Origin: an uncultured Chlorobiaceae bacterium | Lineage (GTDB): Bacteria > Bacteroidota > Ignavibacteria > UBA10030 > SZUA-254 | Reading direction: 5' to 3' | NCBI GenBank assembly: GCA_964520905.1 | Contig: CAZFQL010000010.1 | Location: 18,872 to 82,871 of the forward strand | DNA length: 64,000 bases | In this document: one piece after another, positions 37,701 through 46,052 of the stretch | How positions within the stretch are numbered: the stretch's first letter is position 1 | Layout of the letters: every line of letters starts with the position of its first letter | Notes under the pieces: generated by a model | Database searches by the model: none | The model's input: only the letters and a program-made list of their open reading frames with translations | What the model was told of the DNA's origin: nothing | Position numbers and translations under genes: made by a program

Positions 37701-39179
37701 ATCGCCGCCAGAAGTAAAAGTCCGATTTCATCCGACGATTATAGTGTAATCAAGTACGATCAAACAGGAACACAGCAATGGGTTTCAATGTATAACGGTC
37801 CATTTAATGATGATGATTATGTATCTTCGATTGCTAAAGATAAATCCGGGAATGTTTATCTTGCGGGCACATTATACAGTCAATTTAACGCATGTGACTA
37901 CGGCACTGTGAAATTCAGCCAAGACGGTACCCGGCTTTGGGAAGCTATTTATAATGGTCCAATGAATAGTTTCGATTTTGCATCCGGTGTTGCTGTGGAT
38001 GACAGTCAAAATGTTTACGTTACCGGGTACAGCGAAAGTAATACTTCCTACGATTGCGCCACAGTGAAATATGATGAGAATGGCAAAGAGATATGGGCAT
38101 CCCGCTATGATGGACCGGTGAGCGATGCGGATTTTGCGTATGCGATTACAATCGATCCGTATGGTTTTGTGTATGTTACGGGTTTTAGTTTCGGAGATGG
38201 AACGGGTTCCGACTATGTAACGATCAAATACAACCCCGATGGCTCTGAGCGATGGGTCGCACGGTATAATGGTCCGGGAGCCGGTGATGACAAAGCTGTT
38301 GCGATTGCAGTTGATGCTCGGTCGCATGTTTACATAACCGGTGTGAGTGCGGGGTTGGATAAAACATACGATATGATAACCGTAATGTATGATTCACTCG
38401 GAAACGAGATGTGGGCGGTGGTTTATTCCGGAGGGATCAAATCAAACGACCAACCGAAGGCAATCACATACGATAAAGACGGGAACGTTTATGTAGCAGG
38501 AAATACTTATCAGACTGATAACAGCAGTTACGATTATGTTACGATCAAATATAATAAACTTGGCGAAGAACAATGGCATGTGAAATACGATGGACCTGCC
38601 GGGAATGCAGATATAGCAAGTTCTATTGCGGTAGATTATGATGGCGGAGTTTATGTCACCGGTAAAAGTATTGGGCTGGATATGTTCTATCATTATGCAA
38701 CAATCAAATACAACAACACAGGTGGAGTTGAATGGACTGCCCGATATAGTTCATTTGATGGAATTGAAGACAATGCAGTCGCGATCGGACTTGATGACAA
38801 GAAGAATGTATATGTAACCGGAACAAACAAAAGTTCAGAGTGGAGTGCGATATCGACAATAAAATACTCTCAGTTAGGGACATCGGTTCAGGATGATCCA
38901 TTGCAAACACCAAAAATATTTCAGCTTTCTCAAAATTATCCGAATCCATTCAATCCAACGACTATAATCCGTTATCAGTTGCCTGTGAAATGCTGGGTGA
39001 CGATAAAAATATTCAACCTGCTCGGTCAGGAAGTGATGAAATTGGTTGATGAAAATCAGGACCCAGGAGTCAGAGAAATTAAATTAAATGCGTCTGGCTT
39101 GCCAAGCGGAATGTATTTCTATCACTTAAAAACTTCTCTCGGTTTTTCCGAGACTAAAAAAATGTTATTAGTAAAATAA
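34788..39179 (+). CDS. Giant secreted SBBP-type beta-propeller-repeat protein with C-terminal T9SS (Por) sorting domain
   Basis: 1463 aa with an N-terminal signal-like segment. I counted 24 repeats of the pattern D-x-A-x-x-I-x-x-D-x-x-G-N-V-Y-V-T-G...DY-x-T-x-KY...G-x-x-W. The last ~80 aa (NYPNPFNPTTIIRYQLP...GMYFYHLKT) is a typical T9SS C-terminal domain. Confidence 0.88.
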   Translation: MISSGIKIFLSMFFYATISLIGQEIYPSRQASLPHQNKSGIEKALPFRLRSLNIGSHHLNDTAFARDQLLNTSPSLSAGDGIPASIKTDVHEIVGDVTVDWVNRYSSNLLPSDDYANDITTDNQQNIYVTGVSNTSFTGADYFTMKYNKRGDSLWTRRFNGRGNGYDEATSLAVDNNGNVFVTGYSFNGVTGFDIVTVKYTSDGMIEWIKEYNGKDDSTDIPIEIALDKDGNIILTGYEYTASSGIDIITIKYNSSGTEQWIRKFNGPAEGDDRPTALNIDPAGNCFVTGFSNGLGTGSDFLIIKYDPNGTELWSDRYTSAGSTEDISTSAAIDSLGNSYLTGYSYQSATSYDYMTIKYNQYGIRQWVSIYNDSLDGSDYATAIGIDDAGNVFVTGSSWGGLNSDDYVTVEYDSSGLMKWSRRYDGTDKLSDVPTVLVVDDPNGKVYITGSINYKIGGSRDIVTIQYSKNGSELWIDRYDGPASADDYPASIALDIKGNVFIVGSSKGEMTSYDLVTMKYLGKEYDQWPSRFNNGSGNNWTNAMTIDQNGNVYIIGTDSSHYLIVKYDSIGVKQWSEEFGQSGSNATGIAVDGSGNVYVTGYSTGLNNNLDYATLKYDASGNQKWAAWYNGTADDADRASAITLDSSGSVYVTGTSAGAGTRKDYLTIKYDSSGIQKWIARYNGSSNLDESAVSLALDKIGNVYVTGTGVRNGSSNDFLTIKYNSKGAKVWEVYYDGTGNGTDVAKAIAVDDIGSVYITGRSFGSLTLSDYVTIKYSTYGIQEWIARYDGPENNNDDPVALTVDANNNVYVTGSSYSDRSSLDFLTVKYNSNGNIQWVRAFNGSGNGSDQAIAISTDGFGNAYITGTSLGNGTMNDIAAIKYTSTGELAWAVRYNDILNADDAARSIAIDRYGYFYVGGNSVGADSKQDILILKYRVTGTPDQAWPARADGRGVGKDIAKTFLVDSLGQVYIAARSKSPISSDDYSVIKYDQTGTQQWVSMYNGPFNDDDYVSSIAKDKSGNVYLAGTLYSQFNACDYGTVKFSQDGTRLWEAIYNGPMNSFDFASGVAVDDSQNVYVTGYSESNTSYDCATVKYDENGKEIWASRYDGPVSDADFAYAITIDPYGFVYVTGFSFGDGTGSDYVTIKYNPDGSERWVARYNGPGAGDDKAVAIAVDARSHVYITGVSAGLDKTYDMITVMYDSLGNEMWAVVYSGGIKSNDQPKAITYDKDGNVYVAGNTYQTDNSSYDYVTIKYNKLGEEQWHVKYDGPAGNADIASSIAVDYDGGVYVTGKSIGLDMFYHYATIKYNNTGGVEWTARYSSFDGIEDNAVAIGLDDKKNVYVTGTNKSSEWSAISTIKYSQLGTSVQDDPLQTPKIFQLSQNYPNPFNPTTIIRYQLPVKCWVTIKIFNLLGQEVMKLVDENQDPGVREIKLNASGLPSGMYFYHLKTSLGFSETKKMLLVK
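35120..38840 (+). repeat. Protein-coding tandem repeat array (24 divergent ~50-60-codon SBBP modules)
   Basis: The G-N-V-Y-V-T-G / Y-x-T-x-K-Y motifs recur throughout the ORF. Copies are divergent at the nucleotide level. Confidence 0.8.
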
Positions 39180-39205
39180 CTTTATGTGAGTTGTTGTCCG
39201 ATAAG

Positions 39206-39270
39206 TCTGAAAGCCTGTCACATTGAGCTTGTCGAAATGTGGAAGTGAGCCTTCGACAAGCTCAGGCAGA
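39206..39270. repeat. GC-rich palindromic repeat unit just downstream of the T9SS cargo gene
   Basis: Perfect 12-bp stem GAGCTTGTCGAA (39225-39236) / TTCGACAAGCTC (39252-39263), extended by imperfect GTCTG..GCCTG / CAGGCAGAC arms. Confidence 0.75.
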
Positions 39271-39324
39271 CGAGAATTTTTACTTTATGGACAGCACCGC
39301 ACGTTTGCTATGCGGGAAAGAGTA

Positions 39325-39374
39325 AAACCTCCGACTTCCTCAGCGTATTCAGCTTGGTCAGAAGTCGGAGGTTT
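39325..39374. repeat. Perfect 14-bp inverted repeat with 22-nt loop
   Basis: AAACCTCCGACTTC (39325-39338) / GAAGTCGGAGGTTT (39361-39374). On the minus strand it is followed by TTTAC only, so it is a weak terminator at best. Confidence 0.7.
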
Positions 39375-39588
39375 AAACACTTGCTGGAGACTTGATTGCT
39401 TTTATAGAGATTTGTACATTGTACGCAGAAAAACAATTATACTATTAGGGCAAAACAAATTTATTTCAACAGAAATGGATTGTAGATATGCAACTGCGCG
39501 CATATCTATGTTCCAAACGATATATAACCGTGCAGTATAATTAATAGTTAGACCACCCTGAAATCAGCATACACAAAGGAGATTCGAG

Positions 39589-39981
39589 ATGATTCCCAAG
39601 CATCCAAGCGAACAGATTCTATCAGAATTGCCCGAACTCAAGCACTGCGGTATTGCGCTCGTTGAATTCGTCGAAGCCCTTGCACATTCAAAAGAATGGT
39701 CGTTAAGCAGCAACCGATGGATTATGAAATCCAACTTTGTAACATTCCGTGTGCAACCAAGAGTGAGGGCGATAAGAGCTACCTTACGTGGTCGCACTCG
39801 TGAGTTTAATCTATTTCCTGAACTTACTTTGGAGAGAGGACGTGCTGGCGCATACACAGAGTTCGCCTTCAAGGAACCAAAGCAACTTGCGGCGGCAGCC
39901 TTCTACATACATCGTGCTCACGAACTCTACGAACGTGGCGGGTCAAGAAGAAAATCCAAACAAGTTATCCAAGAAGTCTAA
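39589..39981 (+). CDS. Hypothetical protein, 130 aa
   Basis: Strong AAGGAG SD 7 nt upstream of the ATG. No family recognised by eye. The overlapping minus-strand ORF 39564-39872 is judged to be the shadow frame. Confidence 0.55.
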   Translation: MIPKHPSEQILSELPELKHCGIALVEFVEALAHSKEWSLSSNRWIMKSNFVTFRVQPRVRAIRATLRGRTREFNLFPELTLERGRAGAYTEFAFKEPKQLAAAAFYIHRAHELYERGGSRRKSKQVIQEV

Positions 39982-40005
39982 TTTAGCAAGGAGGTTCCTA
40001 TTCTA

Positions 40006-40389
40006 ATGGTACAAAAAATTGTTCTGCTGTTCCTGTTGACACTCTCTGGTTGTTATGGTTCTGGTGCCTGGTACGGTGGGCGAATGCACGATACAGACGA
40101 GAAGGCCAAAGTTAACAATCAAAAAATCATGAGGTTGAATATCGGGGATTCAAAGGATAGCCTGCTTATGGTGATGGGCCAACCAAACAAACGAGAGTCA
40201 TACCAAATTGAGAATAACAGAGTAATCGATTTCCTATTCTATCGCACCAGTGGGTGGAGAGGTTCTGACGGCGGTGACAGAGACTATCAATTCACGCCCT
40301 TCGCTTTTGAGAACGGTCGTCTGACAGGATGGGGAAGGAATTTCTATGACAATGTTGTTCGCCATGCCGTAGAAGTTCAAGTCAAGTGA
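40006..40389 (+). CDS. Small lipoprotein, BamE/SmpA-OmlA-like (DUF3192-like)
   Basis: Lipobox LTLSGC, AAGGAGG SD, and the pattern LNIGDSKDSLLMVMGQPNKRE...FTPFAFENGRLTGWG resembling SmpA/OmlA-fold lipoproteins. Confidence 0.6.
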   Translation: MVQKIVLLFLLTLSGCYGSGAWYGGRMHDTDEKAKVNNQKIMRLNIGDSKDSLLMVMGQPNKRESYQIENNRVIDFLFYRTSGWRGSDGGDRDYQFTPFAFENGRLTGWGRNFYDNVVRHAVEVQVK

Positions 40390-40497
40390 GTTCACGGGCG
40401 GCCTAACCATTTTAAAAGGGAAAAAGTCAAATAAATAATACCAATGCTGTGAAGGAGTTCCGCCCAACCACCAGAAAGCAGGCGGTCGAGAAGGATG

Positions 40498-40516
40498 CCT
40501 GCCTGCCGCAGGCAGG
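40498..40516. repeat. Perfect 9-bp GC-rich palindrome upstream of the four-helix-bundle gene
   Basis: CCTGCCTGC-C-GCAGGCAGG. It would translate as ACLPQAGR in the spurious upstream extension of the ORF. Confidence 0.7.
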
Positions 40517-40571
40517 GCGGACAGGTGTATTCATAAACTTGCAAAAAGCGTTTAGAGGAGAGCTAATCTGT

Positions 40572-41141
40572 ATGGGCGAAGAAATTAAAATAATACCACC
40601 ACATGGTGGTTATCAGAAATTGAAATCGTATCAAATGTCTGAGATTGCTTACGATGCAACTGTGAAATTCTGTGAGCGTTTCATAGACAAACGCTCACGA
40701 ACTGTTGATCAAATGGTACAAGCGGCACGCAGCGGTAAGCAAAACATCGCGGAGGGCAGCATGGCATCAGGCACTTCCAAGAAAACAGAACTCAAGTTAG
40801 TTAGTGTTGCAAGAGCCAGCTTGGAAGAGTTGCTTTTAGATTACCAAGATTTTTTAAGACAGCGCGGGTTGCAATTGTGGGGAAAGGATGATTTGAGAGT
40901 TCAGGAGATTCGAAAAATTGGGTCACTTGGTGATAGGTCATACGTGTCCTATAGGACAAATATTGAAGAGGGAACAGGTGAGGTTGCGGCAAACACTATT
41001 ATCTGTATTGTACATCAGACTAACTATTTGCTCGATCAGCAACTGCGCCAACTCGAACAGCAGTTTCTGAAGGAAGGCGGCTTTACTGAAAAGCTATACA
41101 ATGCTCGACAAGATGCAAGGAGAAAATCGTCGAAGAACTGA
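40572..41141 (+). CDS. Four-helix-bundle protein (23S rRNA intervening-sequence protein family, with suffix domain)
   Basis: QMVQAARSGKQNIAEGSMASGTSKKTELKLVSVARASLEELLLDYQDFLR is characteristic of this family. The ATG at 40572 was preferred over the upstream extension, which is built from the palindrome. Confidence 0.75.
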   Translation: MGEEIKIIPPHGGYQKLKSYQMSEIAYDATVKFCERFIDKRSRTVDQMVQAARSGKQNIAEGSMASGTSKKTELKLVSVARASLEELLLDYQDFLRQRGLQLWGKDDLRVQEIRKIGSLGDRSYVSYRTNIEEGTGEVAANTIICIVHQTNYLLDQQLRQLEQQFLKEGGFTEKLYNARQDARRKSSKN

Positions 41142-41317
41142 ATAAAATCTACTGGATGAAAATATGAAAGTAAACTAGAACCTACCTCTTTTACCTCGTT
41201 GTGGAACTCGCCCGCTATCTTAGAATTCAAACTTTGAAAAGTATCCTAGAATTTGTATCTTTGACGAGGATTAACATGATAAATACGATTTTAAGCTAAA
41301 TATCGATTGTGTGGAAA

Positions 41318-42982
41318 ATGAAAACGAATGAAATGAATGAGATTAAGTCTGCTAAGAAATCCTGGACAGAAAAAGCAAATAAGGTTAAGAGCTTACCCAT
41401 AAAGTTTACCACCGTCTCGGATGAGCCGATTGAGATGCTTTACTCACCTGATGACATTGCGCACTTGAATTATCTCTCTGATATTGGTTTCCCCGGTGAG
41501 TTCCCATATACTCGTGGAATCCACTCCAACATGTATCGCGGCAGACTCTGGACTATGCGTCAGTTTGCGGGCTTCGGCACACCGGAAGATACGAACGAGC
41601 GTTATCATTATCTTCTCAAGCATGGGCAAACCGGTCTCTCCGTTGCATTCGATCTTCCGACATTAATGGGCAGGGATGCAGACGATTCACAATCTCTGGG
41701 TGAAGTCGGTATATGCGGTGTCGCGATTAGCTCTCTCGCTGATATGGAAGTGTTATTCAAAGGAATCAATCTTGCAGACGTTTCAACATCAATGACAATC
41801 AATGCGCCTGCGGCGATGCTTCTGGCTTTTTATATCGTAGTTGCACAAAAGCAAGGCGCTTCACCTGACCAATTACGAGGAACGATTCAAGCAGATATCC
41901 TCAAAGAGTATATCGCTCAAAAAGAATGGATTTATCCGCCGCTACCTTCCATGCGGATTATTACCGATATGTTCGAGTATTGCACACGGGAAATGCCGCA
42001 GTGGAACCCGATTTCTATTAGCGGGTATCATATCAGGGAAGCCGGGGCAACAGCAATTCAGGAACTTGCTTTCACACTCGCAGATGGCTTCGCCTATGTT
42101 GAAGCCGGCATAGCAAAAGGTTTGGATGTGGATGAGTTTGCGCCGAGACTATCATATTTTTTCAATTCTCATCTTGATTTCTTTGAGGAGATAGCGAAGT
42201 TCCGTGCGGCACGGCGTATTTATGCAAAACGAATGCGCGATAAATATGGCGCTAAAAATCCAAGGTCATGGACGCTCCGATTTCATACACAGACAGCCGG
42301 ATGTACACTAACAGCACAACAGCCGGAAAATAATATTATCCGAACTGCATATCAGGCGCTTGCCGGTGTTCTGGGCGGAACGCAATCGCTCCATACCAAT
42401 TCAATGGATGAGACGCTTGCTCTGCCATCAGAGAAAGCTGTTAAGATTGCATTGCGGACACAGCAAATTATAGCACATGAAACAGGCGTTACAAATACAA
42501 TCGATCCTTTAGGCGGAAGTTATTTTATTGAAGCATTGACAGATAAGATGGAAAAGGGTGCGGAAGCATATTTCGATAAGATCGACGCTCTCGGTGGTGT
42601 GGTTCTCGCGATTGAAGCAGGATTTTTCCAGCGTGAAATTGCCGAGTCGGCGTATCGCTATCAACTGGAATTGGATAGGAAAGAAAAGATTATCGTCGGC
42701 ATGAATGATTATATTGAAGACAATGAAAAAATAGATATTCCTATTTTATCTATACCGCCTGAAGTGGAGATGAAACAGCGTGAAAGGATTGCTCAGGTTC
42801 GAAATACCCGTGATAATCTGAAGGTTAATGAATCGTTGGATGCGTTGCGCCGCGCCGCGGAGGATGGATCGAATTTGATGCCGCCGCTTATCGAGTGCAC
42901 TAAAGCGTATGTAACTTTGGGTGAGATGTGCAATACATTGGCGGAAGTTTTTGGAATCTACGAAGAACCTGCAGTATTTTAA
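41318..42982 (+). CDS. Methylmalonyl-CoA mutase family protein, catalytic (substrate-binding barrel) subunit without B12-binding domain
   Basis: [52 protein letters not shown] and [25 protein letters not shown] are present. The protein ends after the barrel/linker. Confidence 0.9.
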   Translation: MKTNEMNEIKSAKKSWTEKANKVKSLPIKFTTVSDEPIEMLYSPDDIAHLNYLSDIGFPGEFPYTRGIHSNMYRGRLWTMRQFAGFGTPEDTNERYHYLLKHGQTGLSVAFDLPTLMGRDADDSQSLGEVGICGVAISSLADMEVLFKGINLADVSTSMTINAPAAMLLAFYIVVAQKQGASPDQLRGTIQADILKEYIAQKEWIYPPLPSMRIITDMFEYCTREMPQWNPISISGYHIREAGATAIQELAFTLADGFAYVEAGIAKGLDVDEFAPRLSYFFNSHLDFFEEIAKFRAARRIYAKRMRDKYGAKNPRSWTLRFHTQTAGCTLTAQQPENNIIRTAYQALAGVLGGTQSLHTNSMDETLALPSEKAVKIALRTQQIIAHETGVTNTIDPLGGSYFIEALTDKMEKGAEAYFDKIDALGGVVLAIEAGFFQREIAESAYRYQLELDRKEKIIVGMNDYIEDNEKIDIPILSIPPEVEMKQRERIAQVRNTRDNLKVNESLDALRRAAEDGSNLMPPLIECTKAYVTLGEMCNTLAEVFGIYEEPAVF

Positions 42983-42984
42983 CA

Positions 42985-43866
42985 ATGAATAATGTCTTAG
43001 GATATATCGCTGCCTCTATGAGGTTTCAGCAGTGGATAAAAAACCTCTTTATCTTTGCTGCTTTAGTATTCTCGGCTAATCTTTTCAATTATCCCGATGT
43101 GCTCATCACGCTGGAAGGTTTTTTTATTTTCTGTTTGACGGCAAGCGGAGTTTATCTTTTTAATGATATAGTCGACATAGAAAAGGATAAACTGCATCCA
43201 ATAAAATCTAAACGGGCACTTCCGTCAGGCAAGCTATCCGTGAAGAATGCGACTGTTGCATCAGCTTTCCTTTTGCTCATAGGTGTTTTCGTTTCGTTTC
43301 AGTTGAAATTTGAATTTGGTATCGTACTGTTAGTATATGTTCTCATAAACATCTGGTATACTTACCAGTTAAAAAAGGTGGTCATATTAGATGTAATGAC
43401 GATAGCGGCTGGATTCGTTTTGCGTGTTATTGCCGGCGCTGTGCTCATAGGTGTTCCTACATCCGAGTGGTTAATAATTTGTACGATCTTGCTGTCATTA
43501 TTCCTCGGATTCAGTAAACGTCGGCATGAGATCAAGATACTCGAAAATGGAGCAAACACTCATCGGTCGGTTTTACAACATTACAGCCCATACTTCCTTG
43601 ATCAGATGATAGGGATTGTCACTGCAACTACCGTGATGTCGTATGCATTATATACAATTTCGGATGAAACAGTTCATAAATTTGGGACGAAGCATCTTAT
43701 CTACACTGTGCCGTTTGTTCTGTACGGTATATTCCGGTATTTATATCTTGTACATAAAAAAGATGAAGGCGGAGATCCCACCCGGTTGGTCTTGACGGAT
43801 TTACCGCTTCTTTTCAATATCGTATTGTGGATTATCACCGCCTCCATTATTATCTACGGAAAATAA
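42985..43866 (+). CDS. UbiA-family prenyltransferase (decaprenyl-phosphate phosphoribosyltransferase-like)
   Basis: RFQQWIKNLFIFAALVFS and NDIVDIEKDKLHPIKSKRALPSG (N/D-x2-D-x3-D motif), multi-TM. The ATG at 42985 lies 3 nt after the mutase stop. Confidence 0.8.
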   Translation: MNNVLGYIAASMRFQQWIKNLFIFAALVFSANLFNYPDVLITLEGFFIFCLTASGVYLFNDIVDIEKDKLHPIKSKRALPSGKLSVKNATVASAFLLLIGVFVSFQLKFEFGIVLLVYVLINIWYTYQLKKVVILDVMTIAAGFVLRVIAGAVLIGVPTSEWLIICTILLSLFLGFSKRRHEIKILENGANTHRSVLQHYSPYFLDQMIGIVTATTVMSYALYTISDETVHKFGTKHLIYTVPFVLYGIFRYLYLVHKKDEGGDPTRLVLTDLPLLFNIVLWIITASIIIYGK

Positions 43867-43870
43867 TATC

Positions 43871-44974
43871 ATGGCAAAATCAAAAGTAGCGGTCATAAAA
43901 ACGCATCCCGAAACGATATTCAAAGATATCGAACAACTGATGAAACTGGCGGGTGTACAAGGGGCTTTAGCAAAAGGAAAAACGACCATCCTTAAAGATA
44001 ATATCTCATGGCATTTTCCTTTCCCGGCGGCGAATACAACACCATGGCAAATGGAAGGAACCATACTTGCATTGAAGAACGCCGGTTACAACGATCAAGT
44101 CTGCGTGCAGAATAAAACGGTTGTTACGAATGCATTCAAGGGCGAGGATTTGAATAATTATGTGCCGATCTTCAAACGATATAATATTCCTGTTCTTTAT
44201 AATTTCAGGGATGAAGATATGCGGTGGATCGTCTTCAAACCCAAGGCACGTATGCACGTTCTTAATAAAATATATCCGGAAGGAATCACTATACCGGACT
44301 ATTTCGAAGGGAAAAATATAGTCCATCTTCCAACAGTTAAGTGTCATATCTACACGACTACAACCGGCGCGATGAAAAATGCGTTCGGTGGATTGCTTAA
44401 TACAAAGAGACATTACACACATTCGTGGATTCACAGAACGCTTGTCGACTTGCTTGCAATTCAGAAAGAAATCCATTCGGGAATCTTTGCCGTAATGGAT
44501 GGTACCACAGTAGGTAATGGTCCCGGTCCACGAACGATGTTTCCCGTAGTCAAGGATTATATGCTTGCCAGTTCTGATCAGGTCGCAATTGATGCGGTAG
44601 CCGCGAAAATGATGGGCTTCGATCCGATGAGTCTCGAGTACATCAATGTTGCCCACAACGATAAACTAGGGGTAGGGGATATAAGAGATATCGAAATTGT
44701 AGGCAGTGATATATCGAATGAATCATGGGGATTCTCAGTCGGGAACAATGCTGTTAGCTTATTTGGCAACCTTGCATGGTTCGGTCCGCTAAAGTTTATG
44801 CAGAAACTTTTCTTTCACACTCCGATGGTGCATATGTTCGTTTTCGGCTCTGAAGTTTATCACGATTTTTACCGCTGGCCCATAAAAGACCGGAAAGTAT
44901 TCGAAGACTGGAAACGCACGACCCATTGGGGACAACTCTTCGAAAAATACAGATCTGGCGAGATATGGAGATAA
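43871..44974 (+). CDS. DUF362 domain-containing protein
   Basis: KVAVIKT..., LPTVKCHIYTTTTGAMKNAFGGLL, VMDGTTVGNGPGP and VAIDAVAAKMMGFDP follow the DUF362 pattern. Confidence 0.75.
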   Translation: MAKSKVAVIKTHPETIFKDIEQLMKLAGVQGALAKGKTTILKDNISWHFPFPAANTTPWQMEGTILALKNAGYNDQVCVQNKTVVTNAFKGEDLNNYVPIFKRYNIPVLYNFRDEDMRWIVFKPKARMHVLNKIYPEGITIPDYFEGKNIVHLPTVKCHIYTTTTGAMKNAFGGLLNTKRHYTHSWIHRTLVDLLAIQKEIHSGIFAVMDGTTVGNGPGPRTMFPVVKDYMLASSDQVAIDAVAAKMMGFDPMSLEYINVAHNDKLGVGDIRDIEIVGSDISNESWGFSVGNNAVSLFGNLAWFGPLKFMQKLFFHTPMVHMFVFGSEVYHDFYRWPIKDRKVFEDWKRTTHWGQLFEKYRSGEIWR

Positions 44975-45062
44975 AGAGCGGATGCTCTTGATAAATATTC
45001 TCCATACCTTTCTCGTTCACAGATTGTCTAGTAATCATCAGAAATAATAAATTATTTTAACT

Positions 45063-45968
45063 TTGTCAACGCAACGTAAGTCGGAATTTTATCTTTTATT
45101 AGTCACTATCATCTGGGGGAGTACATTCGTAATTTCAAAAGCTCTTCTGGATCATGCATCGCCATTATTTTACTGCGGTGTTAGGTTTCTGTTTGCGGCG
45201 GGAATTGTTTTAGCGTTTTATTACCGGAGAGTGAGCGTCATTCCTTTATCGACAATCATCAAAGGATCCGTTTTAGGAGGTTTGTTGTTTCTCGGTTTTG
45301 CGCTTCAGACAATCGGATTACAATATACAACAGCGTCAAAGAATGCGTTCTTTACAGGAATGTTGGTTGTATTGACACCAATTGTACATTATTCCGTCCA
45401 GAACATTTTAAAGCTTGTTCGGAAGCCGCTAAAGTATGGAAACATTTTTGGCGTTGTCTGTGCTGCCATTGGATTATATTTACTGACGTCACCATCTGGT
45501 GGAGCATTCAACGTGGGCGATGCGTTGACGCTCGGTTGTGCGCTGATGTTCGCATTATACATCGTGTATCTTGATTTCGCTTCATCCGAACCTGATAAAC
45601 TGCAGCTTACCTATGTACAATTCGTTTTTTGTGGAATCCTCGGGTTATTGTCGGCATGGTTTTTTGAAGATATCAGAATGGAATTCACTCCGAATTTTAT
45701 CTGGTCGCTTCTCTATCTCACAATCTTTGCAACTGTAATAGCCATGTGGGTGCAGAATCAATTTCAGGGCTATACTACACCTACGCGCGCGGCTGTGATC
45801 TTTTCTCTTGAACCTGTTATCGCCGCGATATTTGCTTATTATGTCAGAGGTGAAAATATTGGTATGCTTGGCATCGTAGGCGGGGCTTTTATAATGACAG
45901 GATTGCTTCTATCGGAATTCTCAGATTATATTCCGGGCTTAAAGCAAAGCGTGGTTAGAGAAACATAA
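45063..45968 (+). CDS. EamA/DMT-family transporter
   Basis: 301 aa, ~10 TM helices in two EamA-like halves. TTG start; the exact start is uncertain. Confidence 0.75.
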   Translation: MSTQRKSEFYLLLVTIIWGSTFVISKALLDHASPLFYCGVRFLFAAGIVLAFYYRRVSVIPLSTIIKGSVLGGLLFLGFALQTIGLQYTTASKNAFFTGMLVVLTPIVHYSVQNILKLVRKPLKYGNIFGVVCAAIGLYLLTSPSGGAFNVGDALTLGCALMFALYIVYLDFASSEPDKLQLTYVQFVFCGILGLLSAWFFEDIRMEFTPNFIWSLLYLTIFATVIAMWVQNQFQGYTTPTRAAVIFSLEPVIAAIFAYYVRGENIGMLGIVGGAFIMTGLLLSEFSDYIPGLKQSVVRET

Positions 45969-46052
45969 ATCTACTTTAAATTATTTACGGTTATCTTGCA
46001 ATCCCATGACTGTCGGGAAGATATCGATTTGTCCGCCAAGGCATGAAAAATG

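Noticed and set aside
35120-38840. A highly periodic region that could be mistaken for a CRISPR or satellite array.
   Set aside because: The periodicity is at the protein level (SBBP modules) inside one long open reading frame. Nucleotide copies are divergent and there are no identical direct repeats with unique spacers.
39223-39540. A 105-aa + strand ORF after the T9SS cargo gene.
   Set aside because: Its N-terminus (SLSKCGSEPSTSSGRRE) is simply the translation of the palindromic repeat. There is no SD and no domain, so it was treated as non-coding.
39564-39872. A 102-aa minus-strand ORF overlapping the 130-aa + strand ORF.
   Set aside because: The + strand ORF has a strong AAGGAG SD and a more protein-like sequence. 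The minus-strand frame looks like its shadow.
40572-41141. The four-helix-bundle protein belongs to the same family as the Avd accessory protein of diversity-generating retroelements, so a DGR was considered.
   Set aside because: No reverse transcriptase gene and no template/variable repeat pair were found anywhere nearby. The gene is only a stand-alone family member.
44006-44656. A 216-aa minus-strand ORF.
   Set aside because: It lies entirely antisense to the well-supported DUF362 gene. Its composition is rich in Cys, His, Arg and Ile, typical of shadow frames, and it has no recognisable domain.
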